64,000 nt of DNA. Origin: Parvibaculum sp. (GTDB taxonomy: Bacteria > Pseudomonadota > Alphaproteobacteria > Parvibaculales > Parvibaculaceae). The notes under the pieces are model-generated. The model was not told where the DNA came from, did no database searches, and was given only the letters and a program-made list of their open reading frames with translations. Shown here piece by piece: positions 8,852 through 18,106 of this stretch. Position 1 is the first letter of the stretch; each line of letters begins with the position of its first letter. The DNA lies in contig JAUSMV010000030.1 of assembly GCA_030645235.1 (NCBI GenBank), positions 1,296,988 through 1,360,987 on the forward strand. The letters run 5' to 3'. The translations under genes and the position numbers were made by a program.

Positions 8852-10075
8852 ATGAAAAAGCAGGCAGGGTATTCAATTGTTTTGACAGCCGGTTTGCTTC
8901 TGTGCGCCACACCGCTTGCCGCTGACGATCTGCCTGCAGAAACCCCCTATGTCGAAACCATGCCGGAGGGACCGCGCGATCATTGGGTGGCGCTTGGCGA
9001 TCTCAATCCGCTCGGCTCACCGGATACACGCGTTGTTCTGTTCGATGCAGACAAAGGGGAAATGCTGGGACTTCTCAGCACCGGCTATTGGAGCGGGCTT
9101 TCCTACTTTCCGCGCGGTCGCAGCGATATCGTGACGCTTGAGACTTACTTTGAAAAAGGCACGCGCGGCAAACGCACAGACTATGCCGTGATCTATGACG
9201 GTAAAACGCTGCTGCCATTGCACGAAATTGAAATTCCGCCACGCCGGATGACAGCATTGACGCAAACACGGATGGCAGATCTGACCGACGACGGGCGCTT
9301 TTTGGCCGTCACGAATTTCACGCCCGCGCAATCTGTGAGTATTGTTGATCTCGCAGAACATCGCTTTGTGGGCGAGGTGGCAACGCCGGGCTGCGGACAG
9401 ATTTATCCCGTGAGTGCACGGAGCTTCGGCATTCTTTGCGGCGATGGTTCGCTACGGATTATGACGCTCGACGATGCCGGCCAAGTCGCAACGCAGGCGG
9501 AGGGCGAGCCTTTTTTTGATGCGTTCAAGGACCCTGTGCTGGTGCCCGCCGCGAGATGGGGCGCGGCCTGGCTTTTTGTGTCGATGGACGGAATGATCCA
9601 TGAGGTCGCCGCTGAGAATGACGTCGCCAAACTCAGGGCCACTTGGTCGCTCATCACTGACCGTGAACGCAAAGACCGCTGGCGCACCGGCGGAGTGCAA
9701 CCTCTTGCCATACATGAAGCCACAAGCAAGCTCTATGCGCTGATGCGGCAAGGCGGGCCGGAGACTTACGAGGAGCCTGCCGAAGAAGTTTGGGTCTATG
9801 ATCTCAAGACACATGCGAAGATCGACACCATCCCGCTGACAAACCTTACGCTCGCTATCAATGTAAGCCGCGATGACAAGCCGTTGCTGAATGCAGCGGC
9901 GTTGAAAACTGTGGTGCCTTACTGGTCGCTGGCACTCGTGTCAATATTGGGAAATAAGTTTGCAGATTTCGATGTTGTGAAGCCAGCACTTGATATTTAT
10001 GACGCGCATACGGGACACCATTTGCGTACTATTGACCATGCTGCGAATTTCGCCACGTCGGTGACGCAACCATGA
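8852..10075 (+). CDS. mauB: TTQ amine dehydrogenase large (heavy, beta-propeller) subunit, MauB/AauB-like
   Basis: Signal peptide; DADKGEMLGLLSTG, NFTPAQSVSIVDL, TPGC, CGDGSL, VWVYDL; first gene of a mau-like operon. Confidence 0.85.
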   Translation: MKKQAGYSIVLTAGLLLCATPLAADDLPAETPYVETMPEGPRDHWVALGDLNPLGSPDTRVVLFDADKGEMLGLLSTGYWSGLSYFPRGRSDIVTLETYFEKGTRGKRTDYAVIYDGKTLLPLHEIEIPPRRMTALTQTRMADLTDDGRFLAVTNFTPAQSVSIVDLAEHRFVGEVATPGCGQIYPVSARSFGILCGDGSLRIMTLDDAGQVATQAEGEPFFDAFKDPVLVPAARWGAAWLFVSMDGMIHEVAAENDVAKLRATWSLITDRERKDRWRTGGVQPLAIHEATSKLYALMRQGGPETYEEPAEEVWVYDLKTHAKIDTIPLTNLTLAINVSRDDKPLLNAAALKTVVPYWSLALVSILGNKFADFDVVKPALDIYDAHTGHHLRTIDHAANFATSVTQP

Positions 10076-10611
10076 TGATTTCCAGCATTGACCCCATCGC
10101 TGATTTTGCTTTGCGCGGCGGACTTGCCCTCATCCTCGTGATCGCCGCCATGCATAAGCTCAACGAGCGAGCGACCTTTGAAAGCCAGCTTGGGGCTTAT
10201 GATCTGCTGCCCGATGTGATGGTCCATGCAGCGAGCCGTGCAATACCTTTGTGTGAGTTGGCGATTGCGCTGTGTCTGCTCGTGCGGTCTGAAAACTCAG
10301 CCTATCTGGGTGCGGGTCTATTTGCGATTTATGCAGGAGCCATCGGCATCAATCTTTTGCGCGGGCGGCGCGATATTGATTGCGGCTGCGGGACGACGGA
10401 CGGACACCAATCGCTTCACCCTGCCCTTGTGGTGCGCAATCTTTTGCTCGCCATCGGCGCGGGGTTGATCCTGTTGCCACAGACGCCGCGTCCGACCTTC
10501 TTTTCCGACTATGCGATAGCCGCATTTGCAGGTCTTGCCGGTGTCGCGCTTTATCTCGCCGCCAATGTGCTGATTGCCCAGCTTCCCGCCTCCGGCCGTT
10601 TGAAAGTGTGA
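10072..10611 (+). CDS. mauE: Methylamine utilisation membrane protein MauE
   Basis: NLLRGRRDIDCGCG motif, TM helices, VRN. Confidence 0.9.
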   Translation: MMISSIDPIADFALRGGLALILVIAAMHKLNERATFESQLGAYDLLPDVMVHAASRAIPLCELAIALCLLVRSENSAYLGAGLFAIYAGAIGINLLRGRRDIDCGCGTTDGHQSLHPALVVRNLLLAIGAGLILLPQTPRPTFFSDYAIAAFAGLAGVALYLAANVLIAQLPASGRLKV

Positions 10612-11211
10612 GTGATGGAGCAAACGCTGATCATTTCAAATTTTCTGCTCTGGCTCATTGTGCTGGCCCTGTCGGGTATTGTCGTCATGCTGGCGCGCCA
10701 GATCGGCGTGCTGCATGAGCGCATTACACCTGTCGGAGCGCTGATGGTGGCCAAGGGCGTGAAGGTCGGCGAGGCCACACACCGCTTTGAGCTTGAAAAT
10801 CTCAACGGCGGCCATGTGACAATCGGCGGGACACGGGCGGACGGCGCGTCCACGCTTTTGTTTTTTGTGTCACCCACCTGCCCTGTCTGCGCCTCGCTCC
10901 TGCCGACGCTGCGCACGCTTGTAGCGCAGACGCCGAAACTTAAGCTGATACTGGCCAGTGACGGAGAGATTTCGATGCAGCGCGATTTTGTGGCACGAAA
11001 GAATCTCGGTGATTTGCCTTATGTGCTTTCAACTGATCTCGGCCTGAGTTTTGGCATCGGCAAATTGCCTTATGCTGTGCTGATTGACGGGGACGGTATT
11101 TTGCGTGCGCACGGGCTCGTCAATAGTCGAGAGCATATTGAGAGCCTGCTGGAAGCAGAGCGCGAAGGCGTTGCGTCCATTCAGGATTATATGGCGCGGG
11201 GAGGTCACTGA
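10612..11211 (+). CDS. mauD: Methylamine dehydrogenase accessory thioredoxin-like protein MauD
   Basis: RQIGVLHERITPVGAL, FVSPTCPVC, LPYAVLID, GLVNSREHIESL. Confidence 0.92.
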   Translation: MMEQTLIISNFLLWLIVLALSGIVVMLARQIGVLHERITPVGALMVAKGVKVGEATHRFELENLNGGHVTIGGTRADGASTLLFFVSPTCPVCASLLPTLRTLVAQTPKLKLILASDGEISMQRDFVARKNLGDLPYVLSTDLGLSFGIGKLPYAVLIDGDGILRAHGLVNSREHIESLLEAEREGVASIQDYMARGGH

Positions 11212-11717
11212 TGGGACGGCTCGACAAATGGTTTGAAGCGCGGACCCGCGCGATTGCACGCGGCACGTCGCGACGCGGCTTTCTGGCCGGCGCAAGTGCT
11301 GCTCTTTTGGGAACTGCGGCTGTGCCCTTGTTGCCGGTCGCACGCGTGCAGGCTGCGATGCCGACCGACGGCGACGCGACGAGCTGCGACTATTGGCGCT
11401 ACTGCGCGATTGACGGATTTTTGTGCGGCTGTTGCGGCGGATCACCAAGCTCGTGTCCACCCGGTACGGTCGTATCTGCCGTGACATGGGTCGGCACCTG
11501 CCGCAACCCGAACGACAATAAAGACTATATCATCTCTTATAATGACTGCTGCGGCCGCAGCTCCTGCGGGCGCTGCGCCTGTCAGCGCGATGAAGGTGAC
11601 ATGCCACTTTACCGGACCGATGCGGCCAATGACATCAACTGGTGCGCAGGCAGCACGGCCGACATTGCTTACAATTGCTCGACCGCCGTTATCATGGGCG
11701 TGAGTACGGGCGAATAG
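11211..11717 (+). CDS. mauA: TTQ amine dehydrogenase small (light) subunit, aromatic amine dehydrogenase-like
   Basis: Tat motif SRRGFL; CDYWRYCAIDG; both TTQ Trp present (TWVGTC, NDINWC); YNDCC catalytic Asp. Confidence 0.92.
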   Translation: MGRLDKWFEARTRAIARGTSRRGFLAGASAALLGTAAVPLLPVARVQAAMPTDGDATSCDYWRYCAIDGFLCGCCGGSPSSCPPGTVVSAVTWVGTCRNPNDNKDYIISYNDCCGRSSCGRCACQRDEGDMPLYRTDAANDINWCAGSTADIAYNCSTAVIMGVSTGE

Positions 11718-11720
11718 AGC

Positions 11721-12134
11721 ATGCGGCTTTTCCTCGTTTTAATTATGACAATATGCATGATCACAGGCGCGGCACACGCTGATCCGCAGACGGATTATAT
11801 GCTGAAATGCATGGGCTGCCACGGGCCGGATGGAGCCGAGGTTGTCGGTAAGGTACCTGCGCTCAAAGACAATGTGGCACGGTTTTTCTCGGTTGAGGGC
11901 GGGCGCGCTTATGTGGTGCAGGTGCCCGGCACGCGGCAAGCGACGCTTCCGGATAAAGATTTGGCGGCACTTTTGAACTGGCTTGGGCCGCGCTTTGATG
12001 CCGCTCATATGCCGAAGGATTTTTCGCCCTATACGGAAGCCGAAGTGCGGCACTTGCGCCAGACGCGGCTCAGCGATGTCAATGCAATACGTGCGAGCCT
12101 GATGGCAGCACTGGCGGAAGCTGCAGAAGACTGA
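11721..12134 (+). CDS. Periplasmic monoheme cytochrome c
   Basis: Signal peptide; single CMGCH heme motif. Confidence 0.85.
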   Translation: MRLFLVLIMTICMITGAAHADPQTDYMLKCMGCHGPDGAEVVGKVPALKDNVARFFSVEGGRAYVVQVPGTRQATLPDKDLAALLNWLGPRFDAAHMPKDFSPYTEAEVRHLRQTRLSDVNAIRASLMAALAEAAED

Positions 12135-12136
12135 AT

Positions 12137-13078
12137 TCAGGCTGAGCAGGACGCGCCGCCGAGAACGCAGAATTGCGCGCAAAAGTGATGGTTCAGCGAA
12201 ACATCCCGCGCCGCATCAGCCAAAGTCGCGCCCATATTAAAATCCGATGTGTAGGGCAAAAGCGTGCAACTGACCACATGGGGATCGGGGGCGCCTTTGG
12301 ACTTCACCACCATGCGCGAATTTGAACACATGACGGAGGCCGGCGATTTCTTCAGGATCGACCAACATGCCGTGGTGATTTCAGGCACGTCATGTGTCAG
12401 GTCCATTTCGGGGAAGAGGACGAGGCGCGAGGGGTCATGCGCGTCAAGCACGAGACCAAGGCGGGAGAAGAGCGCGGCGAAACCGACACGGGCCTCAAGC
12501 TCGCTCTCACCATTTACAGTGCGGCCGGCAATGGCGATGTTGAACCCTTCGGCGGCGAGCCATGTGAGACCGTCAATGGTTGGCTGCCATGAGCGGGGTC
12601 CGCGCAGGGCCTCATGATCAGCCGCATTGTGACCATCGAGTGAGACGCGCAGCGCAAGGCGGTCCCCATGAGCTTCACGCAAGGCGGCAAGCTTTGCTCT
12701 CACATGATGCATCGGCTTCATCGCGTTGGTGAGGATCAGCACATGGAAGCCTCTGGTAAGAGCGTCGTCTGCCATCGCGATCATGTCGGGATTCATGAAA
12801 GGCTCGCCGCCCGTGAAGCCGATTTCACGGGGGCGCGGCAACATGATTTCTGCTTCATCGAGGAAGCGCGACACTTCTGCGCGCGTCAGATAGACGAGCG
12901 CGTCGTTTGTCGGACTTGATTCAATGTAGCAATTTTTGCAGGTGAGATTGCAGAGCGTGCCGGTGTTGAACCAGAGCGTGTTAAGGCCTGTAAAAGGTAC
13001 GCGCGCACGTTCTGAGCCATCGAGCGTGACATGCGGATCTAAAAATTTCTGACGCGTGGCGGTAAGAACGGTTGTCAT
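12137..13078 (-). CDS. Radical SAM protein (ArsS-related group)
   Basis: CNLTCKNC cluster motif, FTGGEPF, LTNA, RVSLD; C-terminal Cys-rich CAQFCVLGGASCS. Confidence 0.85.
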   Translation of the reverse strand: MTTVLTATRQKFLDPHVTLDGSERARVPFTGLNTLWFNTGTLCNLTCKNCYIESSPTNDALVYLTRAEVSRFLDEAEIMLPRPREIGFTGGEPFMNPDMIAMADDALTRGFHVLILTNAMKPMHHVRAKLAALREAHGDRLALRVSLDGHNAADHEALRGPRSWQPTIDGLTWLAAEGFNIAIAGRTVNGESELEARVGFAALFSRLGLVLDAHDPSRLVLFPEMDLTHDVPEITTACWSILKKSPASVMCSNSRMVVKSKGAPDPHVVSCTLLPYTSDFNMGATLADAARDVSLNHHFCAQFCVLGGASCSA

Positions 13079-13097
13079 AGCTTAAGAATAGACCCGA

Positions 13098-13715
13098 TTA
13101 AGGTATGCGGCCAATAGCGAAGACTTTATGCGCCGCCATGACGCGCCCTGCTACCGTTGCAAGGCAAAGCGTCGCGAAGGCGTAGGCGAGCAACGGATAA
13201 TGCTGCGGCCAAAGGCAGAAGGCGACAAAGGTCAGGATCGTCTCTGTGCCTTCGGCAAGACCGGCCATGTAGTAAAAACTCTTCTGGCCCTGCGCCTCGG
13301 TTTTGAGACCATGCTTTTCGGCCAAAGCGGCGTAAGCGAGAAAGCTCACCGCCGTCAGAATGAAGGAGCTGATAAGGATGAGCGAGGGAAACTGATTCTG
13401 CGGAGCAGCACAGGCAAAACCCAGCGGCACTGCAATGTAGAAAACATAGTCACAAAGGCTATCGAGATAGCCGCCAAAATCGGTCGGGGCCGTCTCGCGC
13501 GCCACAGCGCCGTCAAGCCCGTCGAGAAGACGGTTGAGGGCGATGAGGGCGAGGCCCGGGACATACCATGATGAAGCGAGCGCGAGACCTGCAAGCGCGG
13601 CGATGCCCGCTCCTGTGAGGCTTAGCGTATTGGCACTGACGTCTGCCTGCGACAAACAGGCGGCGATGCGCTTCAGTGGCGGGTCGATCAGAGGCCGCAT
13701 CAGGCGGTCGAGCAT
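13098..13715 (-). CDS. CDP-alcohol phosphatidyltransferase family protein (YnjF-like)
   Basis: LDGLDGAVARE...GGYLDSLCD signature; GLAEGTET. Confidence 0.88.
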   Translation of the reverse strand: MLDRLMRPLIDPPLKRIAACLSQADVSANTLSLTGAGIAALAGLALASSWYVPGLALIALNRLLDGLDGAVARETAPTDFGGYLDSLCDYVFYIAVPLGFACAAPQNQFPSLILISSFILTAVSFLAYAALAEKHGLKTEAQGQKSFYYMAGLAEGTETILTFVAFCLWPQHYPLLAYAFATLCLATVAGRVMAAHKVFAIGRIP

Positions 13716-13768
13716 TACGGACCTCTTGTGACAGTTACTGCGGAAGGATGTCAGGCTTAAATCCGCAG

Positions 13769-15754
13769 TTAATGAGCCAATTGTCTACGAGCGCGCAGGA
13801 CTTCATCTTCAACTTTGGGACAGATGTAGGATGGTTCGGCCTTCTTCACGTGTTCGAACGTAGCGCAGTCTGAACAATGAGCAGATTTGGCTTCGATGTG
13901 TGTGGCTGCATGAAGCGGCACATTGTCGAAGGTAAATACCTTGCCCGTTGAATGCTGAGAAGCAAACTCCTTGCCGTCCACGAACAAGGTAACGTCCGGC
14001 TCATTGGAATAGACCTTAACTCTGAACGTGTCGCCGGTGCGCTTTGCATAGCGCTTGGATGTGATGTGCAGCATCGGTTTTTTCGACCAATGGGCCTGAA
14101 ATATATAGAAGCTGTCTTTGCGCGTCCTGTGATCGTGGGTCACGATGCCTTTATTGTTGCGACCTTTGACGCCGCCTTCGTCGCGAAAGTCGGACGCAAA
14201 ATCAAACATGTTCCAGACGAAGGTGCCCCAGAGTTTCTGGTGACGAGAGAAAATGTCGAGCGTCCCTTCGTGATAAAGTGCCTGATATTCTTCAGTATAG
14301 TCAGACCTTTGCGGCGTATCGGTGTGATAGGCGAGGACCGCTTCGCAGCCATATTCGGAGATACCGAGCGTGACATCGGGATGATTTTCGGCAAAGCTTG
14401 TGAGCCAACGATCCAACCCGCCAATGTCTGAATAGGACCAGCCAAAATATTTGTTGTAGGCGGTGACATCGGAGACGAGGTTCATCGCATCTTCGTCAGG
14501 CAGATTGCTCGCTTGCGCCTGTGTCGTGAGGCGATAGGGGTCAAGCGTTTTTGCCAGATCATTGAGGCTTTGCACAATGCCTCGCAAATTATTGTCAAAG
14601 CCGCCAAACGTCACCGAATTCTGGATACCCCAGAAGACAATCGAGGAATGATTGTAATTCTGCTTCACAAGCTCGCTCATCTGCGAAAGTGCGTTGGCAC
14701 CGCTTGTGTCGGTCGATGATGTGATTGAGATGTAAGGAATTTCGGCCCAGACGACGAGACCGGCACGATCACACAATTCGTAAAAATAATCATTGTGCTG
14801 GTAATGCGCGAGGCGAATGGCGTTGGCGCCAACCTGTTGGATGATACGCATGTCGTCATACATATGGGCAGGCGAGAGAGCCCAGCCGGTATCCTCGCGA
14901 CACTGATGGCGGCAAACGCCATTCAAACGCCAAGGCTTGCCATTCAGAAAGAAGCCCTTATCCGGCGTTACTTCGAAAAAGCGCAGACCTGTAGGAATAT
15001 CGCGGCGGTCGATCTCAATGCCATCAGCCAGAAGGCGCACGGAAAGAGAATACAAATACGGATCCTCGATGCCTTGCCAGAGATGTGGATTGTCGAGCGA
15101 AAGTTTCAGGGTCTGGCGCGAATGATCAGAAAAACACACACGCGTTGTGGCACCGGCAACGCCTGCGCCGACGGCATCGATAAGCTCAAGCACACATTCA
15201 ACTGTGGTCTCGATACCGCTTGCATTGGTGAGTAAGACATCGACCGAAAGATCGGCATGGGCAGCGCTCACCTTTTTCTGTGAGACATAAACGCCGGATG
15301 AACCCTCATCGTCGAGGTCAATGCGAACGGGATTGGTGATAATGAGATGAGCGTCACGGTAGAGCCCCCCCATGAAGGTGAAGTCGGCAAATAATGGATA
15401 GATATCGTCAAAAGCGGAGTTATTGACTTCAACGCGGACACTGTTTGCCTCGCCACGCTTGGCCACTGCGCTAATGTCCATGCGGAAGGTGGAGTAGCCG
15501 CCCTTATGGGCACCGACACTCATGCCATTGACGAAGACTTCAGCAACTGCATTGGCCGCTTCAAATTCGAGATAAAGACCCGGGACCGGATCGGCGTCGA
15601 GTTTCAGCACGCGCTCATAGGCGCAGAGACCACGATAATAATCATTGCCACCATCCTGCCCGTCGAGATTGTTCCAAGTATGGGGCAGCGTGACGGCTTT
15701 ACTCTTACCCTGCTGGGTGAATGTCCAGCCGTCATTGATGGAAAGGCGTTTCAT
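13769..15754 (-). CDS. Glycoside hydrolase family 2 (beta-galactosidase/glucuronidase-like) with an atypical active site
   Basis: LPHTWN, HKGGYSTF, GGLYRD, NAIRLAHYQ, SEYG nucleophile, WNMFDF; the acid/base motif reads QNS instead of NE. Confidence 0.88.
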   Translation of the reverse strand: MKRLSINDGWTFTQQGKSKAVTLPHTWNNLDGQDGGNDYYRGLCAYERVLKLDADPVPGLYLEFEAANAVAEVFVNGMSVGAHKGGYSTFRMDISAVAKRGEANSVRVEVNNSAFDDIYPLFADFTFMGGLYRDAHLIITNPVRIDLDDEGSSGVYVSQKKVSAAHADLSVDVLLTNASGIETTVECVLELIDAVGAGVAGATTRVCFSDHSRQTLKLSLDNPHLWQGIEDPYLYSLSVRLLADGIEIDRRDIPTGLRFFEVTPDKGFFLNGKPWRLNGVCRHQCREDTGWALSPAHMYDDMRIIQQVGANAIRLAHYQHNDYFYELCDRAGLVVWAEIPYISITSSTDTSGANALSQMSELVKQNYNHSSIVFWGIQNSVTFGGFDNNLRGIVQSLNDLAKTLDPYRLTTQAQASNLPDEDAMNLVSDVTAYNKYFGWSYSDIGGLDRWLTSFAENHPDVTLGISEYGCEAVLAYHTDTPQRSDYTEEYQALYHEGTLDIFSRHQKLWGTFVWNMFDFASDFRDEGGVKGRNNKGIVTHDHRTRKDSFYIFQAHWSKKPMLHITSKRYAKRTGDTFRVKVYSNEPDVTLFVDGKEFASQHSTGKVFTFDNVPLHAATHIEAKSAHCSDCATFEHVKKAEPSYICPKVEDEVLRARRQLAH

Positions 15755-16034
15755 CGGGTCAGTCCTTGTTATTCAATCACTCAAATATTCAAACGCCGGT
15801 GTCTGAGAGGCATCAGACAGTTAAATTGGCCCTGTCCGCGCGCAACGGTGCGCCCAGCAAAGCATTGCCTTCGAAATGAAAATTCGGGTGGTCGTTATAG
15901 TCCGGAGGATGCGATTTTGATGATGCAATCCGCCTCAACTCCAGATGTGAGGATATTTCATAGAATTGATCGGACCAATGTTTCAAACTCATTAGAACCG
16001 GTCAAGCCACTAAGGTCCTCCAATAGCTAAGTCT

Positions 16035-16215
16035 AGGGTTCCCTTCGCAAATTCAACCGCTTCCCCAAAGCTAAAGATAAGATCGTATCCGCCGTCCCGG
16101 TCAACACGCCCTACCTACCGTGAAGGTGCTGATTGGGTACCGGCTCATGCCGGAGCGTGACAAGCCCGGCGGGACCGAACCACAGGCAGGCGCGTCTTAG
16201 GCGATCAGACGTTCG
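16035..16215 (+). ncRNA. Structured non-coding element resembling the 5' non-coding (bridge-RNA-encoding) end of an IS110-family element; no transposase follows
   Basis: Nested complementarity: GATCG 16081/CGATC 16206, GTATCC/GGGTAC, GTCCCG 16094/CGGGAC 16175, hairpin CCGGC-TCAT-GCCGG. Motifs CGCTTCCCCAAAGCTA, GATTGGGTACCG and GCAGGCGCG recalled from alphaproteobacterial IS110 left ends (memory only, not searched). Confidence 0.45.
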
Positions 16216-16330
16216 AGTACTTTGGTGCGGTGACAGAGAAAAATATGACCTTCACCCTCAATGATCCTAAATTCATCTATCCGTGGCATGATCATGGTGC
16301 AAAGCACAAGCCAGAGGGGGGGCGGCAGGC

Positions 16331-18106
16331 TTGGACCATATCAGCGAGATGCGCATACACCGGCTTGACCCCGACACGCTTGAAATTGCGCAAGCCCGTC
16401 TCCTCATCGAACGTGCGCGCAGCTCCGGCTTTTCAGTTTTTTGCCTCTTGAGTTTTTACGTGGTGGTCCTGATGGTCTCCGCCCCTTTGCTGCCGGTTCT
16501 GATCTGGTATGCGCTGGGACTTGGCTCTATCGGACTAACGCTATTGTTGCCCACGATTTTCCAAGCTGAAGGCATCACGGCGAATAATGTCAGCACCTAT
16601 CTCAATTGGCACACAACGATTTCCTGCATCACTGGCGCGGTCTGGGGCATCGGCGCGGCGATCCTGACCGATGTGAAGTCAGAGATTAGCGTCTTCACCA
16701 CGGCGGTTATTGTGCTCAGCATCACATTAGGCGGCATCTCACCGCAATCGGCTTATCGACGTTCCTACGTAGGCCTGTCGAGCTTTGCCATGCTACCTTA
16801 CGCGACATCGCTTCTGGTACAGGCCGAATGGCCGATGAGTGCAGCAGGCGCGGGGATGTTTCTGGCTTATGCGTTTTTCATGTCGGCGAGCGCACGTGTT
16901 GAAATCGGTACGCGCGATATGCTGGCGATCAAACAAAATAAATTTCTGATTGAGGAGTTGGCCCGTCAACACGACGCGCTGAAACGCGCCAACGAAGAGA
17001 AGACGCGATTTCTGGCGGCCACCAGTCACGATCTTGCGCAACCACTGCATGCTCAGGGCTTTTATCTCGCCGCGCTGCGTGAGCGAACGCGCGAGCCGGA
17101 GCAAGTGGCGCTTCTTACCAAGATTGAAGCGAGCTGGCGTGGGCTGGGGCATTTGCTCAACGGGCTTGTTGACGTGTCACGATTAGATGCAGGAGTTATC
17201 GTGCCAGATCTTCGCGCTCTTAATGTGGGCATATTGGCGCAACGCATCAGTGATGAGTTTGCCGCCGTGGCTGCCGGACGCAACATTGCCATCGTGACGG
17301 AAGCCGAACCTGCCTATACAATGACCGACGCGCTGATCCTCACCCGTATCCTGCGCAATCTCATTTCCAACGCGGTTAAATTTACCAGCGCCGGTGGCAC
17401 AGTGCACATCAACGTAAGCATGCGCAGCGGGGACATTGTCATTGCTGTTGAAGACACGGGCTGTGGCATAGAGACAGAAAATCTCAATATCATTTTTGAT
17501 GAATATGTGCAGCTTGGAAATCCAGAACGCGATCGCGAAAAAGGATTGGGATTGGGGCTTTCAATCGTGCGACGTCTGGTGCGGCTACTTAATTTGAAAC
17601 TCGACCTCACGTCAACACCCGGTCAGGGTACACGTGTTGAGCTGCGATTGCCGAAACTTACCAGCGATGTCGCGCTGAGCGACGAGGCGGAAGCGGGCTT
17701 TACGCCGAGTGTGTCGCCCATTGGCAATCTCTGCGTGCTCATCGTGGACAATGAAGATGCGATCCGCGCGGGTATGACCACGGTGCTGACGAGCTGGGGT
17801 TGCCAAGTTTTTTCGGCGCGCTCCGGCGCTGACCTTGTCGATATTCTTGATCAGGCAGGCGCGATGCCGCAAGTGCTGCTTGTCGATCAACGCTTGAGCG
17901 GGGGTGAAACCGGCATTCAGGTGATCGAAAGGCTTCGCGATGAAATCAACGAAACCGTGCCCGCCATTTTGATGACCGGTGATATTGACGGCGAAGAAAT
18001 TGTCCATGGCGTCAACGACATCACACTGATGTACAAGCCGATAGAGCCAGAACGATTACACGAAACGCTGAAGCGCGTGGCGCTGGCTACAACGCTTAAG
18101 AGATAA
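16331..18106 (+). CDS. Hybrid membrane sensor histidine kinase (TM region-HisKA-HATPase-REC)
   Basis: ATSHDLAQP H-box, NLISNAVKF, DTGCGI, GLGLGL, C-terminal receiver IVDN...LVDQ...MYKP. Confidence 0.93.
   Translation: MDHISEMRIHRLDPDTLEIAQARLLIERARSSGFSVFCLLSFYVVVLMVSAPLLPVLIWYALGLGSIGLTLLLPTIFQAEGITANNVSTYLNWHTTISCITGAVWGIGAAILTDVKSEISVFTTAVIVLSITLGGISPQSAYRRSYVGLSSFAMLPYATSLLVQAEWPMSAAGAGMFLAYAFFMSASARVEIGTRDMLAIKQNKFLIEELARQHDALKRANEEKTRFLAATSHDLAQPLHAQGFYLAALRERTREPEQVALLTKIEASWRGLGHLLNGLVDVSRLDAGVIVPDLRALNVGILAQRISDEFAAVAAGRNIAIVTEAEPAYTMTDALILTRILRNLISNAVKFTSAGGTVHINVSMRSGDIVIAVEDTGCGIETENLNIIFDEYVQLGNPERDREKGLGLGLSIVRRLVRLLNLKLDLTSTPGQGTRVELRLPKLTSDVALSDEAEAGFTPSVSPIGNLCVLIVDNEDAIRAGMTTVLTSWGCQVFSARSGADLVDILDQAGAMPQVLLVDQRLSGGETGIQVIERLRDEINETVPAILMTGDIDGEEIVHGVNDITLMYKPIEPERLHETLKRVALATTLKR

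Noticed and set aside
12137-13078. Radical SAM enzyme as maturase for the neighbouring quinoprotein (QhpD-like)
   Set aside because: It is convergently transcribed, has no SPASM-type architecture, and the small subunit is a TTQ/disulfide type rather than the thioether-crosslinked QhpC type.
15800-15819. Inverted repeat TGTCTGA-N6-TCAGACA upstream of the GH2 gene
   Set aside because: It is a single short dyad with no second copy or assignable regulator; chance occurrence cannot be excluded.
16033-16060. Guanidine-I (ykkC) riboswitch suggested by CTAGGGTTCC
   Set aside because: The downstream TGGTCCGAG and P3 elements are absent, and the downstream gene is not a guanidine-related type.
16081-16206. 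6S RNA, ZTP riboswitch or group II intron end
   Set aside because: It lacks the zapA/ygfA context and single long rod of 6S, the CGCCTGGG pseudoknot of ZTP, and domain V of group II introns. Not formally excluded without an Rfam search.
16230-16451. 73-aa ORF as a real gene or transposase
   Set aside because: It has no continuous family motif and overlaps the kinase start; at most it is decayed sequence.
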